Positions 1 to 7,983 of a stretch of DNA of 17,349 nucleotides are shown in pieces. Source of the DNA: Myxococcales bacterium (GTDB lineage Bacteria; Myxococcota_A; UBA9042); assembly GCA_037441385.1 (NCBI GenBank), contig JBBISH010000126.1, positions 1 through 17,349 on the forward strand, read 5' to 3'. The position numbers were made by a program, and so were the translations under genes. Numbering within the stretch: the stretch's first letter is position 1; each line of letters begins with the position of its first letter. The notes beneath the pieces were generated by a model, which saw only the letters and a list, made by a program, of their open reading frames with translations, was not told the DNA's origin and did not search any database.

Positions 1-101
1 GCAATTCTTCGGGCCAGAACCGGGGTCCCCGCCTGATTCTCGCCGGTTGCAGACCGGGTCAGAGAAGCCGTACAGGCGTGAATCAGACGGGGTTCGTATC
101 A
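1..101. repeat. Palindromic intergenic repeat / MITE-like element, copy 1 (left part cut off by the window edge)
   Basis: 1-102 aligns without gaps to 7883-7984 with 12 mismatches by manual count (~88% identity). Internal inverted repeat CCCCGCCTGATTCTCGCC (27-44) / GGCGTGAATCAGACGGGG (75-92). Ends ...CGTA-TCA, as copy 2 does. Confidence 0.85.
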
Positions 102-318
102 GACGGCCCGCTGCCTGCCCCGCAGCGGCTTTTCGCGCAACTGTGGCGCTGGCGCGCGTATTGTTTCGCCCTTGGAAACAATGCGATTCGTGACAATGCC
201 ATTGCAAATTGGCCAAGGGGGACGCATCCTCCCTCAGCCGGCGAGTCGATCGCCGAGCTGATGGCCGCCCCCATTTGCGGCGCGGTGCGGGCAAGAGCCC
301 GCGCCCAAGGGAAAACAA

Positions 319-1077
319 ATGAATCTGTCTCGTTACTCGTTCACGCTCGTCCTGGTTGGCGCGGTTGCGCTGTCGGCTTGTGCCAAGGACCCCTCCAAAG
401 CGGCGCCCGCGGCCAAGGTCGAGGAGCCCAAGAAGGAGGAGCCCAAGGCCGAAGAGCCCAAGAAGGAGGAGCCCAAGGTCGAGGCTCCGGCGGCGGCCAG
501 CCCGGTCGCGGCTCCGGCGGCGGCGTCGCCCACGGCGGCGGCTCCCGCCCTTACGTTCCCCGGTATCGCCTTGACCGGCTCGATCCACGCGATCGGCAGC
601 AAGGTCACGGGTTCGCACGAGCTGAACTTCAAGGAATGGAAGGGTTCGTTCGAGGCCAAGGACGGCAAGGCCGAAGGCGGCAAGCTGGAATTCCAGGTGC
701 AGATGGCCTCGCTGGAAGAAGTGGTCAAGGAGCGCAACGAGTGGGCTGAGAAGCTCGAGGGCCACCTGAAAAGCCCCGACTTCTTCGACGTGGGCGCCCA
801 GCCCACCGCCACCTTCGTCGCCAGCGAGATCAAGGCCGGCGGCGACGCTGCCGTGGCCGGCACCACCCACACCATCAAGGGCAACCTGACCTTGAAGGGC
901 ACCACCAAGGAAGTCACCTTCCCGGCCACCATCGCCATCGCCGGCAAGGACGTGAGCGCCAAGGCCGAGTTCTCGATCAATCGCAAGGACTTCGGCATCG
1001 TCTACGCCGGCAAGCCGGACGACCTGATCCGCGACGGCGTGGTCCTGAAGATCGACCTGAAGGCCACGCTGCCCTAG
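319..1077 (+). CDS. YceI-family (lipid/polyisoprenoid-binding) lipoprotein with a repetitive N-terminal linker
   Basis: Hydrophobic signal ending in lipobox LSAC; KEEP/APAAASP linker; YceI motifs HLKSPDFFDV, PTATF, GNLTLKGTTKEVTFP, FSINRKDFGI; strongly GC3-biased codons; AAGGGA upstream. Confidence 0.92.
   Translation: MNLSRYSFTLVLVGAVALSACAKDPSKAAPAAKVEEPKKEEPKAEEPKKEEPKVEAPAAASPVAAPAAASPTAAAPALTFPGIALTGSIHAIGSKVTGSHELNFKEWKGSFEAKDGKAEGGKLEFQVQMASLEEVVKERNEWAEKLEGHLKSPDFFDVGAQPTATFVASEIKAGGDAAVAGTTHTIKGNLTLKGTTKEVTFPATIAIAGKDVSAKAEFSINRKDFGIVYAGKPDDLIRDGVVLKIDLKATLP
415..540 (+). repeat. In-frame tandem repeats in the YceI linker: 30-nt unit x2 (421-480, built from 15-nt KxEEP units) and 27-nt unit x2 (484-537, APAAASPxA)
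   Basis: GAGGAGCCCAAGAAGGAGGAGCCCAAGGCC / GAAGAGCCCAAGAAGGAGGAGCCCAAGGTC, then GCTCCGGCGGCGGC at 484 and 511. Confidence 0.9.
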
Positions 1078-1176
1078 CGTTTTTGCAAGACCCCATCTCC
1101 GCGCGGTCGAGCACCGACGCCCGCCGGTCGCCAGCGGTCGGATCTGCACCCCCAAGGGGGCCAGCGGATCCGGCCG

Positions 1177-1206
1177 TTGGACGTTTTGCGCCCGCGTCGC
1201 TACACT
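1177..1206 (+). promoter_or_regulatory. Candidate sigma70-type promoter for the dehydrogenase/flippase-like gene pair
   Basis: TTGGAC (1177-1182), 18-nt spacer, TACACT (1201-1206), ~50 nt before ATG 1255. Preceded by a hairpin at 1139-1172 (CGGATCTGC...GCGGATCCG). Confidence 0.45.
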
Positions 1207-1254
1207 AACGCACCCTTGGGCGGACCGGACTCGGCCGCCGAACCGGAGTTGCGC

Positions 1255-2556
1255 ATGTCCCTCGTCCAGAAGATTGACAATCGTACGGCGAAAATTGCCG
1301 TGGTCGGCCTTGGTTATGTTGGATTGCCTTTGGCGGCGCGCTGCGCCGGTGTGGGCTTGCGGACCTTGGGCATCGACATCCAGCAAGCGCGCGTCGATCG
1401 CATCAACCGCGGCGAGTCCGACATCGGCGATGTGCCCAGCGAAGTGCTGGCGCCGCTGGTCAAGGCCGGCACCCTGACCGCCCACACCACCTTTGACGTG
1501 GTGGCCCAGGCCGACGCCGTGGTGATCTGCGTGCCCACGCCGCTGTCCAAGACCCGCGATCCCGACAACAGCTACATCATCAAGGCGCTCGAGTCGGTGC
1601 AGCCGTTCGTGCAAAAGGGCCAGCTGTTCGTGCTCGAGTCGACCACCTACCCCGGCTTTACGCGCGAGGTGATGGTGCCGATGCTCGAAGCAGCCAAGGG
1701 CCACAAAGCCGGCACCGAGATCCATGTGGCGTTCTCGCCCGAGCGCATCGACCCGGGCAACGAGAGGTTTGGCGTCAAGAACACCACCAAGATCGTCGGC
1801 GGCCTGACCCCGGCTTGCAGCGAGGCGGTGGCGGCGCTGTACGGCAGCTTCATCGACCACGTCAAAATGGTGACCAGCCCCGACTGCGCCGAGATGGTGA
1901 AGTTGCTGGAAAACACCTTCCGCGCCGTCAACATCGGCCTGGTCAACGAAGTCGCGCTGATGTGCCGCAAGCTCGGCCTCAACGTCTTCGAGGTCATCGA
2001 GGCCGCGGCGACCAAGCCCTTTGGTTTCATGCCCTTCTACCCTGGTCCGGGCTTGGGCGGCCACTGCATCCCCATCGACCCGCTGTACCTGTCGTGGAAG
2101 CTGAAGTCGATGAACTACCAGGCCCGCTTCATCGAGCTGGCCGACGCCATCAACACCCAGATGCCGGCCCACGTGGTCAGCCGCGTGCAAGACGCCTTGA
2201 ACGACCAGTGCAAGTCGCTGAAGAACGCCAAGGTGCTGGTGCTGGGCGTGGCCTACAAGCGCGACATCGACGACTTCCGCGAGTCGCCCGCCATCTCGGT
2301 GATGGACCTGCTGGAGAAGAAGGGCGCGCACGTCGAGTACTTTGACCCCTACGTGGCCAGCTTCAAGGAAGATGGGCACGTCCGCAGCAGCGTGGCCGAC
2401 CTGAGCCAGCTGGCCAGCTACGACGTGGCCGTGCTCACCACCGACCACAAGGCCTTTGACATGGGCGACATCGTGGCGCGCAGCCAACTGCTGGTCGATA
2501 CCCGCAATGCCTGCAAGCTGGTGACCGGCGACAAGTCCCACGTCTACGGTTTGTAA
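1255..2556 (+). CDS. Nucleotide-sugar dehydrogenase, UDP-N-acetyl-hexosamine 6-dehydrogenase type (WbpA/WecC-like)
   Basis: GLGYVGLP Rossmann motif, ICVPTP, LESTTYPG, FSPERIDPGN, KLLENTFRAVNI, catalytic GPGLGGHCIPIDP, LGVAYK..IDDFRESP. Start moved to ATG 1255 (GGAG at 1245-1248) rather than TTG 1177. Confidence 0.95.
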   Translation: MSLVQKIDNRTAKIAVVGLGYVGLPLAARCAGVGLRTLGIDIQQARVDRINRGESDIGDVPSEVLAPLVKAGTLTAHTTFDVVAQADAVVICVPTPLSKTRDPDNSYIIKALESVQPFVQKGQLFVLESTTYPGFTREVMVPMLEAAKGHKAGTEIHVAFSPERIDPGNERFGVKNTTKIVGGLTPACSEAVAALYGSFIDHVKMVTSPDCAEMVKLLENTFRAVNIGLVNEVALMCRKLGLNVFEVIEAAATKPFGFMPFYPGPGLGGHCIPIDPLYLSWKLKSMNYQARFIELADAINTQMPAHVVSRVQDALNDQCKSLKNAKVLVLGVAYKRDIDDFRESPAISVMDLLEKKGAHVEYFDPYVASFKEDGHVRSSVADLSQLASYDVAVLTTDHKAFDMGDIVARSQLLVDTRNACKLVTGDKSHVYGL

Positions 2557-2565
2557 GCCAGCCAA

Positions 2566-3750
2566 GTGCAGCAAAGCCCCGAAGAAACTCCCGGCGAGCA
2601 GCCCGGAGCCCTGGTCGAGTCGGTCGACGAGCGCCGCAACGTCTGGCGGCGTTGGCTGGGCGGCTTGGCCATCGGTGCCCTGTTTACCTGGTGGTCGTCG
2701 CGGTCGTGGCCGCTGGACCGGCTGTTTTCGGGGACGCTGGAGCTGGGGCGCGATGCCCACGGCGACTGGGCGGTGCGGCTGCTGGGCAAGTCGGGCGGCG
2801 AGAACTGGTCGCTGGACCTGCAGTATCTGGCCCTGTATTGCGGCTTTCTGACGGTCATTCACTGGTTGCGCGTGCTGCGCTGGCACCCGCTGCTCGAGCC
2901 CTACGCGCGCGTGCCGATCGCGGCGCTGAACCGCTCGGGCGCGGTGGGCTTCATGGCGGTGTTCCTGCTGCCGCTGCGGTTGGGCGAGCTGAGCCGACCG
3001 CTGATGCTCGCACGCAAACACGCGGGGCATCCGCCGGTGCCGTTTGCTGCGGGCCTGGCGACGGTGGCGCTTGAGCGGGTCTTGGATGGCCTGACCGTGA
3101 CCGCGCTGCTGTTCGTGGTGCTCTTCGAGGTGCACCCGGCCACGTTGGCGCGCCATCCGGGCATCCAGCAGGCGGCGTGGATCGCTGGCGCGGTGTTCCT
3201 TAGTGCGATCACTGGGTTAAGTGCCGTGCTCGTCGCCCGCGACTTCACCCTGCGCTGGAGCCGCAAGATCCTGGGTGCCGTGGCGCCGGGCGTGACCGAC
3301 AAGCTGCTGGGCATGGTCACCGCCTTTGTCGACGGCCTGGCAGTGCTGAAAAGCCCGTGGCACGTCGTGCAGTTCATCGGCATCACCATCGTCTATTGGG
3401 GCGTCAACGGCCTGGGCATCTGGCTGATGGCGCGCGGTTTTGGCTTGGACGTGCCCGTCATCGCCGGCTACGCCATGATGTGTTTTGTGGTGGTGGGGAT
3501 GATGATCCCCAACGCGCCAGCCAACGCCGGAAGCTTCTGGTACTTTTTGCTACTGCCGGCCGCATTGTACGGCGTGGACGAACAATCGCCGCGGGCGGTG
3601 GCCTTTGGCCTGGGGCTGTGGTTCGTGCAGACCGTGCAGGTGACGCTGTTTGGTCTGTGGGGCAGTTGGGCGGATGCGCGGGCGCTGACGCGGCATCGGC
3701 CCGAACTGCAGCCGCTCCACCGACCGGCCGACGATGGGCAAAATCGTTGA
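2566..3750 (+). CDS. Multi-pass membrane protein, lysylphosphatidylglycerol synthase TM / flippase-like (UPF0104) family
   Basis: LRVLRW..LL, LPLRLGELSRP, ALERVLDGL and IPNAPANAGSF motifs with many hydrophobic segments. Starts 9 nt after the dehydrogenase stop; the GTG start is uncertain. Confidence 0.85.
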   Translation: MQQSPEETPGEQPGALVESVDERRNVWRRWLGGLAIGALFTWWSSRSWPLDRLFSGTLELGRDAHGDWAVRLLGKSGGENWSLDLQYLALYCGFLTVIHWLRVLRWHPLLEPYARVPIAALNRSGAVGFMAVFLLPLRLGELSRPLMLARKHAGHPPVPFAAGLATVALERVLDGLTVTALLFVVLFEVHPATLARHPGIQQAAWIAGAVFLSAITGLSAVLVARDFTLRWSRKILGAVAPGVTDKLLGMVTAFVDGLAVLKSPWHVVQFIGITIVYWGVNGLGIWLMARGFGLDVPVIAGYAMMCFVVVGMMIPNAPANAGSFWYFLLLPAALYGVDEQSPRAVAFGLGLWFVQTVQVTLFGLWGSWADARALTRHRPELQPLHRPADDGQNR

Positions 3751-3776
3751 CCCCGCAAGCAACCTCGCGCTACGGT
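3747..3776 (+). promoter_or_regulatory. Candidate sigma70-type promoter for the Cys-rich lipoprotein
   Basis: TTGACC (3747-3752), 18-nt spacer, TACGGT (3771-3776); fits a start at ATG 3812 rather than 3734. Confidence 0.35.
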
Positions 3777-3811
3777 GCCCCCGGCGGCGGCGGGCCGCGG
3801 GCAAGGCAGCG

Positions 3812-6223
3812 ATGATCCAGCGGGCGCCAGCGTCGAGTGCGACCGTACTGCGCATCCTGTGGATTCTGCTTGGACTCTTGCTGTTGCCGGCCTGCCCGGC
3901 GCTCGTCCCCATCCCCGCCACCGCGGTCGTCCACACCGACGCGACCGGCAGCGACACCCTGGCCAAAGACACCGCCGTGGCCGACGTGCCCGAGGTCGAC
4001 TGCTGCAAAGCCAAAGGCGCCGTCTGCGGGTACGCGGGCAGCTGCGGCTGGTGCGGCGGCTGCGGGACCGGCACCGTCTGCGACACCGTGACCGGCTCGC
4101 CGACCCAGTACACTTGTGTGGCCAAGCCTGGCGGCGCCCCCAAGGCCAAGGACGGCGCGGCCTGCGGGCCCACCGCCACCTGTTTGCCACCGGGCAGCAA
4201 CGCCACCTCGGCTCAGAAGCAGAACTACGCGCAATGCTTGGATGATCAGTGCGAGAGCGGCCTGTGCTATTGGGGCGTGTGCAGCCGCACCTGCAGTCTG
4301 GCCAAAGACAGTGTGGTGAACTTCAGCGGCACCGCCACGCCCACCGGCGACGGCTTGGAAGATCCCGGCGTGGTCGGCGATTGCCAGGGCTTTGCCGACG
4401 GCCCGCTCGGCAGCCACTTCCTCTGCGCACAAATCACCGACCCGGCCCAGGGCAAGCCGGTCAGCTACTGCCTCGCCGGGACCACGTTTGCCCCGTGCAG
4501 CTCGAACAGCGACTGCGGCAGCGGCGAAGTGTGCAGCTACCGGACTGTGCGGGGCGCCTACCGGCAAGTGTGCGCGCCCGCCCAAAAGCAGGCCGACGGC
4601 AAGGCCGGCAAAGTCGGCGGCGCCTACTGCAACGGCGACCCAACGCAAGGACCAGTGATTGCTTGTAAAAATGGTATGTGTATGCCGTGGGGCGGCTGCA
4701 TCGACTTCTGCACCAGCAACGCTCAGTGCTCGACGGGCGGCGTGCCGATGTTCTGCGAGAACGGCGTGGCGGTCCTGGGCAGTCAGGCCCCGGCGTTCTC
4801 GGCGTGTGTGCCGCAGCACTGCGCGCTGGACAGCGACTGCAAGAACTCGGACTTCTTTTGTCTTTCCGTATACAACGGCGTCAAGCACCAGGGCGGCGAC
4901 CCGGATCCCAGCCAGCCCGGCCAACTGAAATTGCCCGGCTGGGACGCGTCGATCTGCGTCCCCAAGGCGCCCGGAACCGCGGCGCGCGGCGAGGCTTGCG
5001 ACGCCTATCCCGGCAGCGGCGACAGCACGCAAAAGCCTTGCGAGACCAAGTATTGGTGCGTGAACGGCAGCTGCGGCGGCCACTGCAAGACCGCTGCGGA
5101 CTGCGCGTCTGACCAAGTCTGCGCCGTGCAGGAGTTCGCCTTCGACACCAGCCAGCCCGCCGACAGCCAGCCCGACGTGTTCACGGCCCTGCATGTGTGC
5201 TCGCCCCTGCCCAAGGCGGCCGGACCGTGCCTGTCGCCCAAGCAGTGCGCCGATTCCGTGGCCAGCTACTGCCGCGCGGTCGAGGTCGATCTGGCGGCGG
5301 CGGCCACCAAGACGGGGCTGTTCACCATCCAGGCGCAGTGCATTGCCCCCGATCCCAGCCTGGCCGCGCTGGGCGAGAAGTGCGGGGTCGCCGTGGGCAA
5401 GGCCTGCCAAAGCGGCATCTGCCTTGGGGTTTCTAGCGACGCCAGTGGCAAGCCCACCGCCGGCTGGTGCACCGACGTCTGCGGCACCAGCAACGACTGC
5501 CCGGCCAGCGCGCCGATCGCCGTGGCCGGCGGCAAGGCCTTTCCGTTTGCCTGCGGCAGCATCGCCCTGGCCGACAACGCCACCGAGCAGCCCTACGACA
5601 ACCTGTACCTGCCGGTGTGCCTGCCCCAACCGGCCGGGTCCTCACTGAGCGATTGCACTGCGACGCTGGCCTGCGCGCCAGGCGAAAGCTGCCAGCCGTT
5701 TGCCATCGCACTGGGCCCCGACGCCGCCGCCAAGGTCGAATACCGCTGCATCAAAGCCTGGGTATCGCCCGTGGCGCAGAAGAAGGCGGGCGACCTCTGC
5801 AACCCGAGCGCCGGCGCCAATGACCCGGCCGAATGCGCCTCGCGGCTGTGCCTGCCCGATGCGCAGACCGGCAAGGGCTACTGCTCGGCCCTCTGCAAGG
5901 CCAGCACCGACTGTGGCACCCTGGACAAGATGCAGTGCGACACCAACCACCAGATGATTCCGCGCCAAAGCCCGAGCATGCCGGCCGTGGTGCCGCTGTG
6001 CCAAAAGCACAAGTCGTGCATCCCATGCCGTTGGGACTACCAGTGCCCCGACACCATGAAGTGCACTTGGCTTGCCCCAGGCGACGCAAGTGGTCACTGC
6101 GCGCCACCCTGCGGCCAATCCAGCGACTGCGCCGCCACCGACGGCGGGCCGACCTGCCAGGCCGCCGTCGATCGCTATGGCAAATCGGTCGGCGCCACGG
6201 TCTGTACCCCCACCTGCCCTTGA
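3812..6223 (+). CDS. Large cysteine-rich exported lipoprotein (~803 aa), function unknown
   Basis: Hydrophobic stretch ILWILLGLLLL plus lipobox-like LPAC; recurring disulfide modules such as CESGLC, CQSGIC, CASRLC and C..DSDC/C..ASTDC; normal codon bias. The track start at 3734 overlaps the previous gene, so ATG 3812 is preferred. Confidence 0.8.
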   Translation: MIQRAPASSATVLRILWILLGLLLLPACPALVPIPATAVVHTDATGSDTLAKDTAVADVPEVDCCKAKGAVCGYAGSCGWCGGCGTGTVCDTVTGSPTQYTCVAKPGGAPKAKDGAACGPTATCLPPGSNATSAQKQNYAQCLDDQCESGLCYWGVCSRTCSLAKDSVVNFSGTATPTGDGLEDPGVVGDCQGFADGPLGSHFLCAQITDPAQGKPVSYCLAGTTFAPCSSNSDCGSGEVCSYRTVRGAYRQVCAPAQKQADGKAGKVGGAYCNGDPTQGPVIACKNGMCMPWGGCIDFCTSNAQCSTGGVPMFCENGVAVLGSQAPAFSACVPQHCALDSDCKNSDFFCLSVYNGVKHQGGDPDPSQPGQLKLPGWDASICVPKAPGTAARGEACDAYPGSGDSTQKPCETKYWCVNGSCGGHCKTAADCASDQVCAVQEFAFDTSQPADSQPDVFTALHVCSPLPKAAGPCLSPKQCADSVASYCRAVEVDLAAAATKTGLFTIQAQCIAPDPSLAALGEKCGVAVGKACQSGICLGVSSDASGKPTAGWCTDVCGTSNDCPASAPIAVAGGKAFPFACGSIALADNATEQPYDNLYLPVCLPQPAGSSLSDCTATLACAPGESCQPFAIALGPDAAAKVEYRCIKAWVSPVAQKKAGDLCNPSAGANDPAECASRLCLPDAQTGKGYCSALCKASTDCGTLDKMQCDTNHQMIPRQSPSMPAVVPLCQKHKSCIPCRWDYQCPDTMKCTWLAPGDASGHCAPPCGQSSDCAATDGGPTCQAAVDRYGKSVGATVCTPTCP

Positions 6224-6249
6224 ATTCGCCTTACGCTTAGGGAGTTGCC

Positions 6250-7821
6250 ATGTGCGCCCAATCGACCGAAGTCGACCCAGCCCCCGCCGCCGATCCCGCC
6301 GTCCCCGCCCGGGTGGTGCGCCGCGGCGAGGCCGAGACGCTGTTTATCCAGTCCTCGCCCGAGGAAACCCGGGTGGCGCTTCAGCAGGGCAACAGCGTGG
6401 TTGAGCTGCAGGTCGAGCGCACGGCGGGTCGCGGCCTGTCCGGCAACATCTACCTGGGGCGGGTTCAGCGCGTAATCCCCAGCCTGGACGCGGCTTTTGT
6501 CGACATCGGCTTGGGTCGGATGGCCCTGCTCCAGGCCGACGACGTGTGGACCGAGGGCGCCGCCAGCGACAGCGACCTGGACGACGACCTGGGCCGACGC
6601 ACCCCCAAGCAGGCCCGGCCGATCAGCGACCTGCTGCGGCCCGGCCAACACCTTATGGTGCAGGTGGTGCGCGAACCGGTGGCGAAAAAGGGCCCACGCG
6701 TCACCACGTTCGTGTCTCTGCCCGGCCGCAACGCCGTGCTCTTGGCGCGTGACCCGCATGTGGGTGTGAGCAAGATGATCGACGACCCGGCCGAGCGCTC
6801 GCGGCTGGAGCAGATTGCCAGGAAGCACTTGCCGCCCGGCTGCGGCGCCATCGTGCGCACCGTGGGCGAGGGCGCCACCGAGCAAGAGCTCGTCGACGAC
6901 CTGACCTTCTTGTCGCGGCAGTGGGCCGACATCCGCACCCGCTACGAGGCGGCGTCGGGGCCCAGCTTCATCTTCGACGACCTGGACCTGACGCTGCGGG
7001 CGTTGCGCGACATGGTGAGCCCGTCGACGCAGACGGTGTGGATCGACGACCCGGCCGACCTGGACCGGGTCCAAACGTTCGTGCGGCGTTTCCACCCCGA
7101 GCTGCGGCCCGAGGTCAAGCTGCACGCCTCGTCCACGCCGCTGTTCGTGGTGTTCAACCTGGACCGCTGGGTGCGCCAGGCCCTGGAGCCTAAGGTGTCG
7201 CTGCCCTCGGGCGGCGAGCTGGTCGTGCAGCGGACCGAGGCGATGACGGTGGTCGACGTCAACTCGGGCAAGCAGCCGGGCAGCGACGGCCTGGACGCGG
7301 CGATGCTGGCCCTGAACCTAGAGGCGGCCAAGGCGATCGCCCAGCAACTGCGCCTGCGCAACGTGGGTGGGCTGGTCATCGTCGATTTTGTCGACATGAA
7401 GCGCAGCGAGGACCGCCGGACCCTGGAGCGGGTGCTGGGCGAAGAGCTGGCGCGCGACCGGGCGCGGATCCGCTTGGGGAAAGTGAGCGAATTTGGCACC
7501 GTGCAGCTGACTCGCAAGCGCGTACGCGAGAGCTTGGCCGAGCGTCTGACCGAGGCGTGTCCCACCTGCCAAGGCCGCGGCCACGTGCGCTCGTCTTCGG
7601 ACCTGGCCATCGAGACGCTGGGGCGGCTGCGGACCCTGTTGGCCAGCAAGGGCGAACCCGGTGAGGTGGTCAAGGTGCAGGCGCCGGCGCGGGTGGCGGC
7701 GATCCTTCGCGACCAGCTGGCCGAGGCCATCAAAGGTCTGGAGCGCAAGTGGGCGGTCCGCATCGAGGTTCAGGACGCCGGCCGCGGCGGCGATGTGCGG
7801 CTGGTGGGCGGGGATGCCTAA
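6250..7821 (+). CDS. rng: Rne/Rng-family endoribonuclease (RNase G-like, no C-terminal scaffold)
   Basis: S1 domain GNIYLGRV..V.PSLDAAFVDIG; QVVREPVAKKGPRVT; GAIVRT; LPSGGELV...TEAMTVVDVNSG; LRLRNVGGLVIVDFVDM; Zn-link CPTCQGRG; GGAG RBS upstream. Confidence 0.93.
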   Translation: MCAQSTEVDPAPAADPAVPARVVRRGEAETLFIQSSPEETRVALQQGNSVVELQVERTAGRGLSGNIYLGRVQRVIPSLDAAFVDIGLGRMALLQADDVWTEGAASDSDLDDDLGRRTPKQARPISDLLRPGQHLMVQVVREPVAKKGPRVTTFVSLPGRNAVLLARDPHVGVSKMIDDPAERSRLEQIARKHLPPGCGAIVRTVGEGATEQELVDDLTFLSRQWADIRTRYEAASGPSFIFDDLDLTLRALRDMVSPSTQTVWIDDPADLDRVQTFVRRFHPELRPEVKLHASSTPLFVVFNLDRWVRQALEPKVSLPSGGELVVQRTEAMTVVDVNSGKQPGSDGLDAAMLALNLEAAKAIAQQLRLRNVGGLVIVDFVDMKRSEDRRTLERVLGEELARDRARIRLGKVSEFGTVQLTRKRVRESLAERLTEACPTCQGRGHVRSSSDLAIETLGRLRTLLASKGEPGEVVKVQAPARVAAILRDQLAEAIKGLERKWAVRIEVQDAGRGGDVRLVGGDA

Positions 7822-7845
7822 CAGGTCCCAAGCTTGCAGTAGGCC

Positions 7846-7983
7846 TCATACCGGTTCCGTCCGAATCGGATCGAAAACTCGGGCAATTCTTCGGGCCCGA
7901 ACCGGGGTCCCCGCCTGATTCTCGCCAGTTGCGTGGCGGGTCCGGGAGGCCGTACAGGCGTGAATCAGGTGGGGTGCGTATCA
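7846..7983. mobile_element. MITE-like double-hairpin element, copy 2 (core 7849-7980, flanked by TCA direct repeats)
   Basis: TCA (7846-7848), TACCGGTTCCGTCCGAATC ... GAATCAGGTGGGGTGCGTA, TCA (7981-7983). Hairpin A CCGGTTC (7851-7857) / GAACCGG (7899-7905); hairpin B 7909-7926 / 7957-7974. Second copy at 1-101. Mobility is inferred, not shown. Confidence 0.6.

Noticed and set aside
78..274. Short ORFs 78-749 (+) and 83-274 (-)
   Set aside because: They start or end inside the repeat element, lack codon bias and motifs, and the + ORF overlaps yceI out of frame.
3770..5629. 619-aa minus-strand ORF and similar long overlapping ORFs (12907-14535, 6175-7125, 333-998)
   Set aside because: They lie opposite well-supported genes, have no motifs, and are expected from stop-codon scarcity in high-GC DNA.
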